From the NCBI GenBank assembly GCA_964016885.1, contig OZ024744.1:83638001-83702000 (forward strand): a stretch of 64,000 nucleotides of DNA, read 5' to 3'. Of this stretch, positions 1-13,176 are shown one piece after another. The translations under genes were made by a program, and so were the position numbers. Every line of letters starts with the position of its first letter. Positions within the stretch are counted from its first letter, which is position 1. The notes under the pieces are model-generated. The model was given only the letters and a program-made list of their open reading frames with translations. It did no database searches and was not told the origin of the DNA. The DNA comes from Eledone cirrhosa (Eukaryota).

Positions 1-125
1 GTTGCTGTAATGGCATGTGTATTGAGCTTAACTATTACATAGAATATATATCAAAATGGGGCATATCAAGAGATGTGAAGTTTGAAAATTAACTCTTTTC
101 ATTTTTCAAATACAGACATGTATAC

Positions 126-226
<101 letters not shown>

Positions 227-239
227 GTATATACTTTAT

Positions 240-516
240 ACACAACAGGAGGAAAAAATATAACACCACTGACGATGTTGCAGATGTGCAACGAAAGATT
301 TATGTAAATTATGTAAACTATATATATGTGTTTGTGTCTATATTGTATCTGTATTATTTTTGACCGTCGGTCAGTCAATGGCAACATTGAGGACCGATTA
401 AGTTAGATCGCAGATATAAAAGACAGCGAGAAGCGAAAACCAACCAAACAGTGAGTGTGTTCTGTTATTAATTCTGGCAATATTACACAAATATGACCCT
501 CCCCAAGTATAACAAT
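240..516 (+). mobile_element. PLE family A pseudo-LTR (solo copy) in microsatellite
   Basis: Near-identical to the pLTRs flanking the RT/GIY-YIG ORF at 21439-23838; ends ATGACCCTCCCCAAGTATAACAAT then (AT)n. Confidence 0.85.
269..296 (+). ncRNA. Minimal hammerhead ribozyme core (family A)
   Basis: CTGACGA-T-GTTGCA-GATG-TGCAAC-GAAA; other copies at 1949-1976(+), 6218-6245(+), 21022-21049(+), 21702-21729(-), 23592-23619(+). Stems I/III are weak in this family. Confidence 0.65.
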
Positions 517-521
517 ATATG

Positions 522-560
<39 letters not shown>

Positions 561-680
561 GTTTATATATATATATATAAATATATTTTGAGTATATGTT
601 GGTTGTTTTAATATCGGAGTATTGACGGAGTAAAACACACTTCAACAACATGTGTACCTGTCTCTACCACACCAACTCGG

Positions 681-735
681 ACTGCCTGAAAAGATCACAG
701 CCAATGATGGCTGTCACCGAAATATATATAGCAGT
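681..735 (+). ncRNA. Hammerhead-like motif, G8>A core, in a ~200 bp (TA)n-flanked element (~585-790)
   Basis: ACTGC-CTGAAAA-stem II (ACAGCCA/TGGCTGT)-GAAATATATATA-GCAGT; stems I, II and palindromic III all form. Confidence 0.55.
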
Positions 736-791
736 ACATCTTTAATAAACGAAGCCAAATTTTTAATATTTGACTTAATTTATTATAGTAA

Positions 792-835
<44 letters not shown>

Positions 836-841
<6 letters not shown>

Positions 842-910
842 ATACTTGGGGAGGGTCATATTTATGTAATAATATTGCCAGAATTAATAACAGAACACAC
901 TCACTCGCAA

Positions 911-915
<5 letters not shown>
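836..915 (-). mobile_element. PLE family A terminal fragment
   Basis: Reverse complement of the family A end (ATTGTTATACTTGGGGAGGGTCATATTT...). Confidence 0.75.
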
Positions 916-985
<70 letters not shown>

Positions 986-988
<3 letters not shown>

Positions 989-1160
989 GATATTAACAAA
1001 TGGAAACTATATTTATAAAACCATATTTATTTCATTATACATATTTCAACGACACCAAGTTAAATTAAATTATGGTGTGCTTTCATCAGATAAAATATAA
1101 TATAGAGCAGTTTTATAAATAAATAAATATTGACATACCCTTAAAGAATGCAACCATTAC
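986..1160 (-). mobile_element. PLE family C pLTR fragment with hammerhead core (1044-1089)
   Basis: Similar to the pLTRs at 12455-13030 and 15209-15690; minus strand CTGATGA...ACACCA/TGGTGT...GAAATATGTATA. Confidence 0.75.
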
Positions 1161-1204
1161 TATATATATATATTTGTTTATTTATATTTATATTTATAAA
1201 TATA

Positions 1205-1240
<36 letters not shown>

Positions 1241-1397
1241 AAATAAATAAATAAATATATATATTTATAAATAGAGAAAGATAGAGGGAGGGACTGAGAG
1301 TAGATAGATAAATAGAGAAAAGTTAAATACGGAAATGTACGAACATATTCAGTCCATACTGAGAGTATGTTTAAAACTAGTCTATAGCGTCATATCT

Positions 1398-1508
1398 AAT
1401 ATTTAATTGGGAATGATATATAAAACAACACAGAAATCTGATATGCCGATAGACATATGAGTCCTATCTATATACAGGCATCTGTTAAGAGACTTATAAC
1501 ATACACCT
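1398..1508. repeat. Dispersed repeat; inverted copy at 2609-2716
   Basis: TTGGGAATGATATATAAAACAACACAGAAATC...GAGACTTATAACATACACCT and its reverse complement. Confidence 0.7.
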
Positions 1509-1610
1509 AGATATCGAAACACAATATCATATCAAATCATATATCTCTATAGAAATACATTCATGCACTCATATATGGTAGATTATATATATTTATATAT
1601 ATATATATAA

Positions 1611-2170
1611 TGGCGAGGTTTTTGATATGAAATCGTGTGTCGAAACAAATATTGTTATACTTGGGTGGGTTATATTTGTGTTATAATATTGCCAGAATTA
1701 ATAACAGAACACACTCATTGTTTGGTTGGTTTTCGCTTTTCGTTTCTGTGTCTTTTATATCGGTAATCTAATTTATTCTGTCCTCAACGTTGCCATTGAC
1801 TGACCAACGGTCAAAAATAATACAGATACAATATAGACACAAACACATATATATAGTTTATCAAAATAAACAAATAAATAAATATATAAACAGACTAAAT
1901 AAAGATGGGTTAGAAAATACAATGCAACGGGAGGAAACAATAGCACCACCGACGATGTTGCAGATATGCAACGAAAGAACTTTGATAAACTATATATATG
2001 TGTTTGTGTCTATATTGTATCTGTATTTTTGACCGTTGGTCAGTCAATGGCAACATTGAGGACCGAATAAATTAGATTACCAATATAAAAGACACAGAAG
2101 CGAAGTGAGTGTGTTCTGTTATTAATTCTGGCAATATTACACAAATATGACTTTCCCCAAGTATAACAAT
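1611..2170. mobile_element. PLE family A inverted pLTR pair (minus arm with tail 1611-1864, plus arm 1865-2170)
   Basis: Two opposing family A copies sharing the ...AAGTATAACAAT boundary; only the left arm extends into the tail. Confidence 0.8.
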
Positions 2171-2289
2171 ATATATATATACACAGTTCAAGAGTAACCA
2201 ATCTTAAAGAGAGAGATGGAGATAGTAGAGGAGATATGAGAGGAGAGATTGGTGAGTTAGTTAGAAGTCAAAGCGTAAACTCATTTGAA

Positions 2290-2396
2290 GTTCCGATGAG
2301 CCACTCTGTTTTTTTTAAATATGTTAGTTATTTTCAACTGAACCAGATCAATTATGATCCAGAAATATTATATGGAGTAGCGAAACAATTGTAAAC
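2290..2396 (+). ncRNA. Hammerhead-like motif with long stem II insertion
   Basis: GTT-CCGATGA-GCCACTCTGT...ATGGAGTAGC-GAAACAATTGTA-AAC. Confidence 0.5.
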
Positions 2397-2521
2397 GGAC
2401 ATTATTATTATTAATATTATTATTATTATTCTCTACATTCCTTACATCAAACTAAAATATGTTGACAATCTTTTAATAATGTCTTCCTTGTGAAATTTGT
2501 GGTCTTGTTTTGCTTAACTAA

Positions 2522-2611
<90 letters not shown>

Positions 2612-2755
2612 TGTATGTTATAAGTCTCTTCACAGATGCCTGTATATAGAGAGGACTCATATGTCTATCGGCATATCCGATTTCTGTGTTGTTTATATAT
2701 CATTCCCAATTAAATATATATAATATATATATATTATATATATATATTATATATA

Positions 2756-2841
<86 letters not shown>

Positions 2842-4324
2842 TGAGAAATGTACTTGTCTGGCAAAACTTCGTATTGAAACTGAAACAATTACATCGCATT
2901 AAGCAGAGATGTACACACGTATGCTAACTTATATTTTACTCATTCAGCATTCTGAAGCCATCTTCCTTCTAAAGAAAACGTATATGGAATATTTCCATTT
3001 GCACATTTCTGATGCATTTTATTCTAAATGGTTTAACCAAAATTCATCTCAATTTGCCTGAAGCATGTGTACACTTTGATTAAATCGCACTCATACTTTC
3101 TTCGAAATCTACAATATGCTTTCTGTTCCACAAGTATATCATGTGATATTCATTGATATTCAATTATACATCATGTGATATTCTATATTCTATATGTAAA
3201 TATAACGCCAGGTTACCAATAGATTTTACGTAGATTGTTATATCTTGAATTTATTATGAATACAATGGATGTTTTCAGTGTTTCATCAGTTTTGTTTTTT
3301 TTTCTTTTTGCGTTTTCTATTTAGGCATGTGTGTTTTATTTTGTAGTTGATAACTGAGACTGTTATTAAGAAAATGTTTGCCGTTATTCCAGTGTATCTA
3401 AACCGATTGGAAGGAAGGGTGAAATTACAAAGGTCATTGCTTTTGGGTTGAGAAATAATGAGGGAATATGCCGGCGATTCAGTATTAAATATTAGGAAGT
3501 TATGAAGAAAGTTGATGAGTTATTTAGTAATGACAAAGAAGAGTCATCAATATATTCTATTGACAGCTTTGTAACAATACTCTTAAGTCAATATATTAAT
3601 ACAATGATCAGGAATAAAAGCCTTCTTTCGAAACATCAGAGAAAATTAGCCTAGGATAAGAAAGACATTTTCTTTTAATTTTTTCCTTCGAAAATTCATA
3701 TTTGTCTTTGCATTGAAAAGAAAGATTTTGTTTCAGATTCGGTGGAATAAGGTTTTAGAGGGTTAACTTTCGAGAAACATGACGTAAACAAAATTCTAAC
3801 AGAAGACATTAACATAAGTTGCATCGTAGAAGAGCCATTATTATTCTTTATTGATTAGCTAGATTTGCTCCCTGGGAAGCATAGCGTGATGGCGGAACAC
3901 TATTCTACATCGTTGTAAGCCCTCTCACACATATGTTCCCACACCACACCCATAAGGCTCGATCTTTCTCGACAAACCTATAATATATCTGGACTTCCAT
4001 GTCTCATCTCCTTAACCTCCACCTTTTAAGTGAAACCGGTCAAGTGCAAAATCTATTCATTTTGATTTGAAGAAGAATTCGTTTTTCGTTGTGTACTATA
4101 CACGTAACATGTATATATATTAAATAGAAATAGATTAGGTGCTTTTGTCAAACCCTTATCCTTTTTCCTATATATCACGATTTGTAAATACACCCTTCAT
4201 ATTCCAACATTTTGAATTTTTTTCTGAATATATATATAAATGTATATATATATACAAACAGACAAATTTAGATAATACAATCCTTCAAGCAAACTACAAC
4301 ACTGTTATATATATATATACATAC

Positions 4325-5327
<1,003 letters not shown>

Positions 5328-5470
5328 TATATATATATACATGTGTGCATGTAAGTATATATATACATACTAGTCTACGTCTGTATACATATATGTATGT
5401 ACGTATACATACTTACATTTAAGTATCATCCGTACTAAGAGTGAGAAATTTCATTTCATTTCATTCTTTT

Positions 5471-5518
<48 letters not shown>

Positions 5519-5519
5519 A

Positions 5520-6114
5520 TAAGATAGTAAAGAATCATCTGTACTCTACCAACATGCTAAAATAGAACACAAGGGTAAATTAGAGAACATAGAAATAAAA
5601 ATAAATATACACACAGAAAAGACGCAATGTTTAGACAAATTACAGAGGCAATAAACATAAAAGAACTACAACCAAAATTAAATAGAAAATATGAGTGGAA
5701 CAGCAACATCACAACTTACAATTAAGGACAAAATGAAAACACACACACACATAGAACAAACAACCAACCAGTAACATGTCAATAAACAAATAAATAAATG
5801 AACATAAACACACACAGACACCCGGATGTGACGCATGCGCAGACTGAGCACACAACACACACACAGAAACAAAATGGCGTAGGACAGAAGAAAGGAGAGG
5901 CACAGAAACAAAGAAAGGAATCCCCAATCACTGAAGAGGTCACAGAGTGTGTGACGAAAGAACTATGACAATATATAAACAACTATCTGGTTGTGGAACC
6001 AACCAACCAGAAATTTATAAATTTATAAATTTATTATAAATTTATTATAATAAATTGAAGTGAAAGCAACTAGTGCGTGTGTTTCTTATTGGCAACATGA
6101 CCCTCCCAAAGTAT

Positions 6115-6120
<6 letters not shown>
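5520..6120 (+). mobile_element. PLE family B 3' end (GIY-YIG C-terminus + pLTR with hammerhead core 5931-5959)
   Basis: Encodes DSKESSVLYQHAKIEH...FRQITEAINIKELQPKLNRKYEW, homologous to the end of ORF 22008-23459; CTGAAGA-G-GTCAC..GTGAC-GAAA. Confidence 0.85.
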
Positions 6121-6169
<49 letters not shown>

Positions 6170-6171
<2 letters not shown>

Positions 6172-6505
6172 AATGGCGTAGACATACAATACAACAGGAG
6201 GAAACATAATAGTAGCCCTGATGATGTTGCAGATGTGCAACGAAAGAACTTTGTTAGACTATATATATGTATTTATATCTGTATTTTTGACCGTTGGTCA
6301 GTCAATGATGATAAACATTGAGGACCAAATGAATTAACTGTGGAGCTATCAAAGATACAGAAGTGAAAACCAACCAAACAGTGACTGTGTTCTGTTATTA
6401 TTTCTGGCAATATTATTACAACAATATGACCCTCCTCAAGTATAACAATATTTGTTTCGACACACGATATCATATCAAAAACCTCGCAAAGCAAATTCAT
6501 CGCCG

Positions 6506-6508
<3 letters not shown>
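6170..6508 (+). mobile_element. PLE family A pLTR with tail
   Basis: Family A sequence continuing past AAGTATAACAAT into ATTTGTTTCGACACACG...CCTCGCAAA. Confidence 0.8.
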
Positions 6509-6545
<37 letters not shown>

Positions 6546-6572
6546 ATGTATGAGCTCTTTGGTACAGTTAGG

Positions 6573-6988
6573 TATATTTGAAAAAAAGGAAAAGAATGAC
6601 TTCACTTGTAGTTCTAAATAATTTGATTTAATTTTATATTATAATATTGAGTTGGTAGAGCTAGTAAGTGATTTGTTAACTTCAGCGGGAAGAATTTTAA
6701 AGATTCCTGGTTAACTTTCTAGGAGAACGTTCTCGCATTCGTCCGTAGATGGCGGTGGCGAATGTCAAACTGAGGTTTTACAATCAGTTTGACACTCAGT
6801 TTGACAATCGCCACCGCCATCGACGAATGCGAGAAAGTTCTCCAAGAAAGTTAACCAGGAATTTTTACAATTCTTCCCACCGAAGTTAACAAAGAACTTA
6901 CTGGCTCTACCAACTCATAATATTATAATATTATAAAATTAAATCAAATTATTTAGAAATACAAGTGAAGTCCTTCTTTTCCTTTTTT

Positions 6989-6995
<7 letters not shown>
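6573..6995. repeat. ~200 bp-arm imperfect palindrome in (TA)n (probable inverted pLTR pair)
   Basis: Arms 6573-6773 and ~6795-6995 are reverse complements; short left tail. Confidence 0.8.
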
Positions 6996-7035
<40 letters not shown>

Positions 7036-7039
<4 letters not shown>

Positions 7040-7244
7040 GTGGTTAGACAACAGTTAGATCACCATACCGAGAACAATTGTTTCACCTTAGCGGATTCTC
7101 AGCTCCTAATTACGCCATTACGAGCTGAGGATCCGCTAAGGTGAAACAATTGTTCTCGGTATGGTGAACTAACTGTTGTGTAACCACTTCTACCTAACTC
7201 GTCCCATGGACTGAGTGCTCTACCACTACGGATATTACCTTCCA

Positions 7245-7245
<1 letters not shown>
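7036..7245. mobile_element. Small hairpin element (family E) with ~70 bp arms and right tail
   Basis: GAAGTGGTTAGACAACAGTTAG... / ...CTAACTGTTGTGTAACCACTTC, flanked by (TA)n. Confidence 0.8.
7121..7158 (+). ncRNA. Minimal type I hammerhead ribozyme
   Basis: CGAG-CTGAGGA-TCCGCTAAGGT-GAAACAATTGTT-CTCG; stem I CGAG/CTCG, palindromic stem III ACAATTGT. Confidence 0.7.
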
Positions 7246-7317
<72 letters not shown>

Positions 7318-7344
7318 AGTGTGTGTTTGTGTTTGTGTGTGTAT

Positions 7345-9237
7345 ATAGCAGCGAGAAAGACGCTAATTAGCTTCTTCGAAGATAAATTATGGGAGAGGAG
7401 GGACAGACTCTACAGTTTTGACATTACTATGTGGTCGAGCGATGTACTTTTTACCTTCTGTTCCCTAAACCCCAGTCAGCTGGAGCGTATGAGGAAGCGC
7501 ATATCGCATTTTTTTAAGCAACACGGCTTATCCGTGATGATAGGTCCTAGCACTAAGACCATGAATTTCCTGGATGTTACCCTGGAAATGAATACGGGCT
7601 TACACCGACCTTATCACAGGTCCAATGAGAACCTGCAATATGTGAACAGGCAATCGAACCACCCCAAGTTCGTCATAGAAGCAATAGTTAAAGGGGTATC
7701 CAAACGCGTATCCACCCTGTGGCCAACGCTGAGGTGTTCAACCTGCACGCTGACTATAATAATGAGGCACTGCGCAGAACCGGTTACACAGAAACCATAG
7801 TGTATACCACGGACAGGGAAATGTCTAGCGCCGAGGCATGCGGATACGACAATAGCAGTAGTACATCCATAGGTAGACGGAACGACCCGGAACTAGCTTC
7901 CAGGAACACGAGTAGCAGCATAGATCATCACAATGACACAAGACCGACAATAAGACAGACGAAAACACACACGGATTCCAGACCACCCAGTACACGTAGA
8001 CAGAAGCCCGACACGCGCACCACATGCGTCGCGGAAACTAGAACTAGAGACAGAGTAAAGACTAGTACGGCCGTGGAACCCGGTAGAGGAAACACCGGGA
8101 TCAGTAGCAAGGATATAGCCCCGACAACAGCACCGCATAGCATTAACGAGACTAACAGTAGAGCCGACAATACAAAACGCAATACGTCAGTAGCGAACGA
8201 CGTAACCCCAACGCCCACAGTAAACATATAGATAGAGGCAACATAGGGGACGAAATAACGGGCGGGCAAAAACCCGAGACGGGTACCTGACCCAACACAC
8301 ATTCACGTTACTACACACACACGAAGGAACAAGACAAGGTCTAAGGACGTTACATGGTTTAACGCGCCGTATTCTAAGCATGAATGCAGCAATGTACCAG
8401 GCCTCTTCTTCCGAGCGTTGGACGAGTGCTTCCCGCCGTCGAACAGATACCACAAGATTTTCAACCGCCACACAGTGAAGTTCTCCTCCACCACACCTAA
8501 CATGGCAGATTACATGGCCAAAACCAACGCGGCGAAGATGGGAAACCTCGACCGTCAACCGCGGCGGCCGAATGACCGTCCATCGGAGCCCGGAGGGCCC
8601 CTTGCAGACCGGTCTTCTAACTACAACCCGGCCTCTGGAGTGGCCACCATGCCCGCGGGAGACGATGCAATGCAACGCCGGGCGGAAATGAGTTTAGAGG
8701 GGAGACCACCGTGTCGGCAGAACAACACCCAGAGAATCGGGAGAGAGCCGTGTTAGATCAAGGGCCAGGCGTCCGAAATGAACATATAACGACAGAACGT
8801 GCAAGTGCAGAGCGTGAACACAGTGCCCTCTGCAGGGAAGATGCCCAACGAAGGGCCTGGTATATAAATGTGTGGTTAGCACACACAATATAAAGCGCAC
8901 CTACATCGGCGCAACATCCACGACTTTTAAATCACGGATGTATAACCACAAAAGCTCTTTCAAGGATCGGAGCAAGAGGCACTCTACTAGGCTGGCGGAC
9001 CTGGTGTGAGACTTGGAAGACAAAGGCACCCCGTATGATCTCAACTGGAGTATCGTTCGGCACGCGAATGTATATTCGGATGGAAATAGAAAGTGTAGGC
9101 TATGCCTATCCGAGGCCATGGAGATAGTCAGAATGAAGGATGATGCGGTCAACCTGAAATCGGAAATATTCATGACCTGCAGACACCAGAGAAGGTGCAC
9201 ACTGTCCGTATTTAATCCACCGGGAAGTCCAAGTTAA
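7345..9237 (+). pseudogene. Degenerate Penelope-like RT-GIY-YIG ORF (5'-truncated, frameshifts/stops); 3' UTR extends to ~9880
   Basis: ARKTLI, MNFLDVTL, YVNRQSNHP, YNNEALRRTGY, VTWFNAPY, HKIFNRHTVK, CKCR-x4-CPLQGRC, LVYKC..YIGATSTTFKSRMYNHKSSF, KCRLCLSE..NLKSEIFMTCRH; YxDD region deleted. Confidence 0.9.
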
Positions 9238-9900
9238 AGGCATGCGGCAGAGCGCACGCCGGCCAGAGCGGCGAAACGGTTTCAAGGGATCAGACACCAT
9301 ACCCTGTTGACTATATATGCCCCGTCGGGTAAGCCGAAATAACCCAGGATGCCTACCCGACTCTGCACGTCACCATAGGCAAAAACATCACCTGAGCCGG
9401 GACAGGTTGACTCGGATTCCATTGATATTCAGTCAAGTGCCTTACACCAACCACAGTGACATACTCTACCACAGTGACATACTCTAGTTTGTCCCCCCCC
9501 CCCCCCATGCATGTGTATCTTTTCAGTAGAGAGTGCATACTCTCCACACATTCCATTTTGTAACACCTAATGTATTTTCCGTAAACAGACCCACGTGTGT
9601 ATCTCATACTTCTCTTGTGTACTATCTCATATGCATACACGTTCCTTCTTCTTTTGTTATATATATTCTTCAAGCAATTTCTAGGTACGGTCAGCGCATA
9701 CTATTTACTGTAACACCATGAACCCACATTATGTGGCTTTGCGTTAGGATTCCATACGTGGATTGATCCATGTTCGCAAAGTATCAACATCTCTGTAGGC
9801 ACATATAACAAGGTGCACCCTTTCATGTATAGCCCACTATGAATCTTTATGTGCCGTTATATGTATGTTTTTATATATTTTCATACATTTATATATATAA

Positions 9901-9968
<68 letters not shown>

Positions 9969-9999
9969 TTTTCTTTTCTTTTCAATGGCTGACAATACC

Positions 10000-10190
10000 T
10001 TACTGGCGCCACTCGAATAAGGTAGTTATTTAACCCATAAATGGAGCCCTAACAGGTACTACTACTCCGGGCCAGGGCAGACCTGGGAGTTATGACAACT
10101 AAGGGGTAACTCCACATTCCCCACAACTCCTGAACTCCCGAACTGGAGCCTTGCCACAGGATGTAGTTTAATGGCATACCCAGGACACAC
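10000..10190. mobile_element. Probable SINE-like interspersed repeat
   Basis: GC-richer island CCCTAACAGGTACTACTACTCCGGG..GACCTGGGAG..ACTCCACATTCCCC..GGAGCC..CCAGGACAC resembling an abundant octopus repeat (recalled, not verified). Confidence 0.45.
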
Positions 10191-11129
10191 AGATATATAT
10201 ATATATATAAATGAAAGGTATAGAAATTGTTTTAGCGACAAGCTAATAGTATTCTATAACATATATATATGCTGCTATGTCGTCAAGATGGGAAAAGTAG
10301 TTAACGTAAGATTTAGGAAAAATAATTCAAACTCATCTCAAAAGAGAATCATGATACAAATTCATCCACAGAATTTAGTGAAATCCAGGGAAAAATCAAT
10401 CGACCCTTAACTCATGATAAAATAAAGTTTAAAATACTTATCCTTCAATTTGGAAAAACATCAAATGCTCTGTATAGTCTTAAAGACTATTTCATGAAAA
10501 CTTTCAGTGGAGATGGTCACGGTTGGATTTCAATCGTCAGCAGAGCTCAACAGATAACCAGGGCTACCACAGAATTATAAGCCAAAAAAGGATTATATAC
10601 ATACATACATATATATATATATATGTATGTATGTATATTTTTATATATGTATATATTTATAACAAGATGCATCATTTCATGTATGGCCCATTGTGTATCT
10701 TTATATGACTTTGTGTGTATATTCTTTTTATGTGTATATATATTTTTTCCCATGCGTGCGTGGGTGTGTATATGAATATGCGCATATTTGTAATAGTGTA
10801 TTTGAGTCTGTGCGGGTGTATGTACATGTACCCGTGTAGGGAAAGGGCTTGTTTGTGTGTATATATGTGTGTTTGCGAGCGAGTGTGTATCTGTGTGTCT
10901 ATATATGTATATGGGTACGTGTATATGTGTGTGCGTTGTCTATGTCTATGTCTGGACGTGTTTGTGTGTACGGGTATATATATACGCATGGGCATGTGTA
11001 TGCATATGTATGTATGTGTGTATGTTGATGTATATAGCCATGTGGGCATGTGTCTGTGTGTGTACGTGCCTCTCTAGATGCATGTATGCGTATGTTTATA
11101 TGTTCTCATTAAATGTGTGTGTATAGCAG

Positions 11130-11628
11130 GCATCTATGCGTACGACTGACATTATTTCTGTGCTTGGGTGTGTGTGTGTGTGCGCGCGCGTGGATGTGTG
11201 AACAACCAAATACAGCAGCAACTTATTGAAGTGTAGCAGACATGTGACAGCTAATGCCCTCATGGTCAGCGGACAGGTACCTGTGGTCAGAATTATGATG
11301 ACGTCGACAACTAGCAGCCAATCACAGAACGCGCGAAGAAGATGAAGTTTTTGACGGTACTGGCCCCAGAGGGTCAGATACCCCAGTGAGAGAATATGCT
11401 CCGAAATCGTTAGACGTGTCCGTCGAACATGCGTGTCCAGAATCAGACAGATCCACACAATGATCGCGTCTCGAGCTGTCCGCCGGCGAAACAATTGTAA
11501 CACACAATAAATTGAGTTCAGATGCATCACTGATTTTTCGTTTTCTATTCAATCATACTCTGCTCTGTAAGAGCATAGAGGGCTCAACAGGCATACCGCC
11601 TATGGAAGCATCTTAGTTACCATCAGAC
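11130..11628 (+). mobile_element. Family F element (related hairpin copy at 17256-17650)
   Basis: Shares TCTCGAG..GCCGGCGAAACAATTGTA..CAGATGCATCAC..GGCATACCGCCTATGGAAGCA with 17486-17630. Confidence 0.7.
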
Positions 11629-12250
11629 ATATATATATATATAAATATATATATATATGTATATATATATATAACTCACCCACACACACACCCCAAACAA
11701 ATTTTTTTCTCCACACGCCACCTACACCCACAACACGCTTAAACCCCACACACACGTGCTTTCCACCACATATTTACACCCTCAGCCTCCTGATTCCTCT
11801 CCCCCCACCCCTCTATCCACACACGCAGAGACACTCCGACCCACAAACACCCCCACACACACCTCTTCCTGAACATGCAACCCCGTTCTTCCCCCAACCC
11901 TTACTTTCACATACACACACACACACACACACACACGCAACCTACACACACACACCACCTTCAGCCCTCCGCGATCGGACACCCCGTCTCCCTCTCCCCA
12001 CTCCACCCGCCACCACCCCTACACACCCCACACCCTTCCACCACCTGTTTACCCCCCTTTTAATTTCAGTTTATTTTGATCATGCCTTTATTTTTAAATT
12101 TATCTCATTCCTTGTATTTTGATCATGCTTTATTTTTATTTTTATCTTTATTTTTTATTTTTTATTTTTTCATTCGCACCGTTTCCTTTCGCTATATGTC
12201 TCTCCACCACTCCCCTACACACCCTTTGAACTCTGTTCCCACACACTTCT

Positions 12251-12284
12251 CACCTGAGGAAGGGCTTATGCCCGAAACGTCGTC
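12251..12284 (+). ncRNA. Minimal hammerhead ribozyme in a pLTR-like element (~11675-12375)
   Basis: CTGAGGA-A-GGGC-TTAT-GCCC-GAAACGTC; palindromic stem III ACGT. Confidence 0.7.
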
Positions 12285-12921
12285 CCCCACCAACACCCCA
12301 CTCTCCAGAGCGTGAAATTAATAAACATTCGTTGTACTGCCTCTCTGTTTTGTCCCTGTTCAAATTTTTCCATTATATATATATATATATATACATATAT
12401 ATATGGAATAACCACAATCACTCTTTTTAAATACATATGCTATTATTAAAATATATATATAGATATTTATATATTATTATAATAAGTAGAAACAATTATA
12501 ATAAGATGTTTCTTTATTAGCCACAGGCTAATAATTATTATAAGATAAATACTTACAAACATAATCTCCATATAAATATATACATAATATAGACAAATGT
12601 CTGAATATATTACCCCCAAATTAACGTTATAAGTGGTCTTCCTTTTCCTTTTCCTTTTCCTTTTCCTTTTTCTTTTCCTTCTTCTTATTTTTCCTTCTTC
12701 TTTCTTTCTTCTTTCTTTCTCTCTTATTATTATATATCTAAACTTTCCATAGCGTTTAAAATAACGGTTTTTCAATAATGTAACTCAACCTTATTTACAT
12801 ATTCATTTGCACATTCATCCATAAGTTTGAAATATCCGTCCTTTAACCTCACTACCCGAGAAAATTCAACTGATAAGGTATGATTTCCTTGTCTATGTCG
12901 AAATGTATAAAACACTCTTTG

Positions 12922-12980
12922 TATTTTATCTGATGAAAGCGTACCAAAGTTTTTGGTACCCTTGAAATATATATAATAGA
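12922..12980 (+). ncRNA. Minimal hammerhead ribozyme (family C 5' pLTR)
   Basis: CTGATGA 12930-12936, stem II AAGCGTACCA/TGGTACCCTT, GAAA 12964-12967. Confidence 0.75.
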
Positions 12981-13176
12981 ATAAATATGGTTTTATATTT
13001 ATAAAAGTTTCCATTTATTTAATATCATTGAATATTTACTCCAGAAAACTGTCGAGTGCTCTGAATCAGTTATAAAGATTTATATTTGTTTTATTGCCAA
13101 CAAATTAAATACCTCTTCTACTTATAAATAACTCCTTTAATGTTGAGCACTTTAAATTATAACTGATTGATAAATA

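Noticed and set aside
3272-3289. CTGATGA-AACACT-GAAA on the minus strand
   Set aside because: No credible stem II, stem I or stem III; expected by chance in AT-rich DNA.
2935-3620. Possible exons in unique-looking sequence
   Set aside because: Stops in all frames tried between plausible splice sites; no recognisable protein motif.
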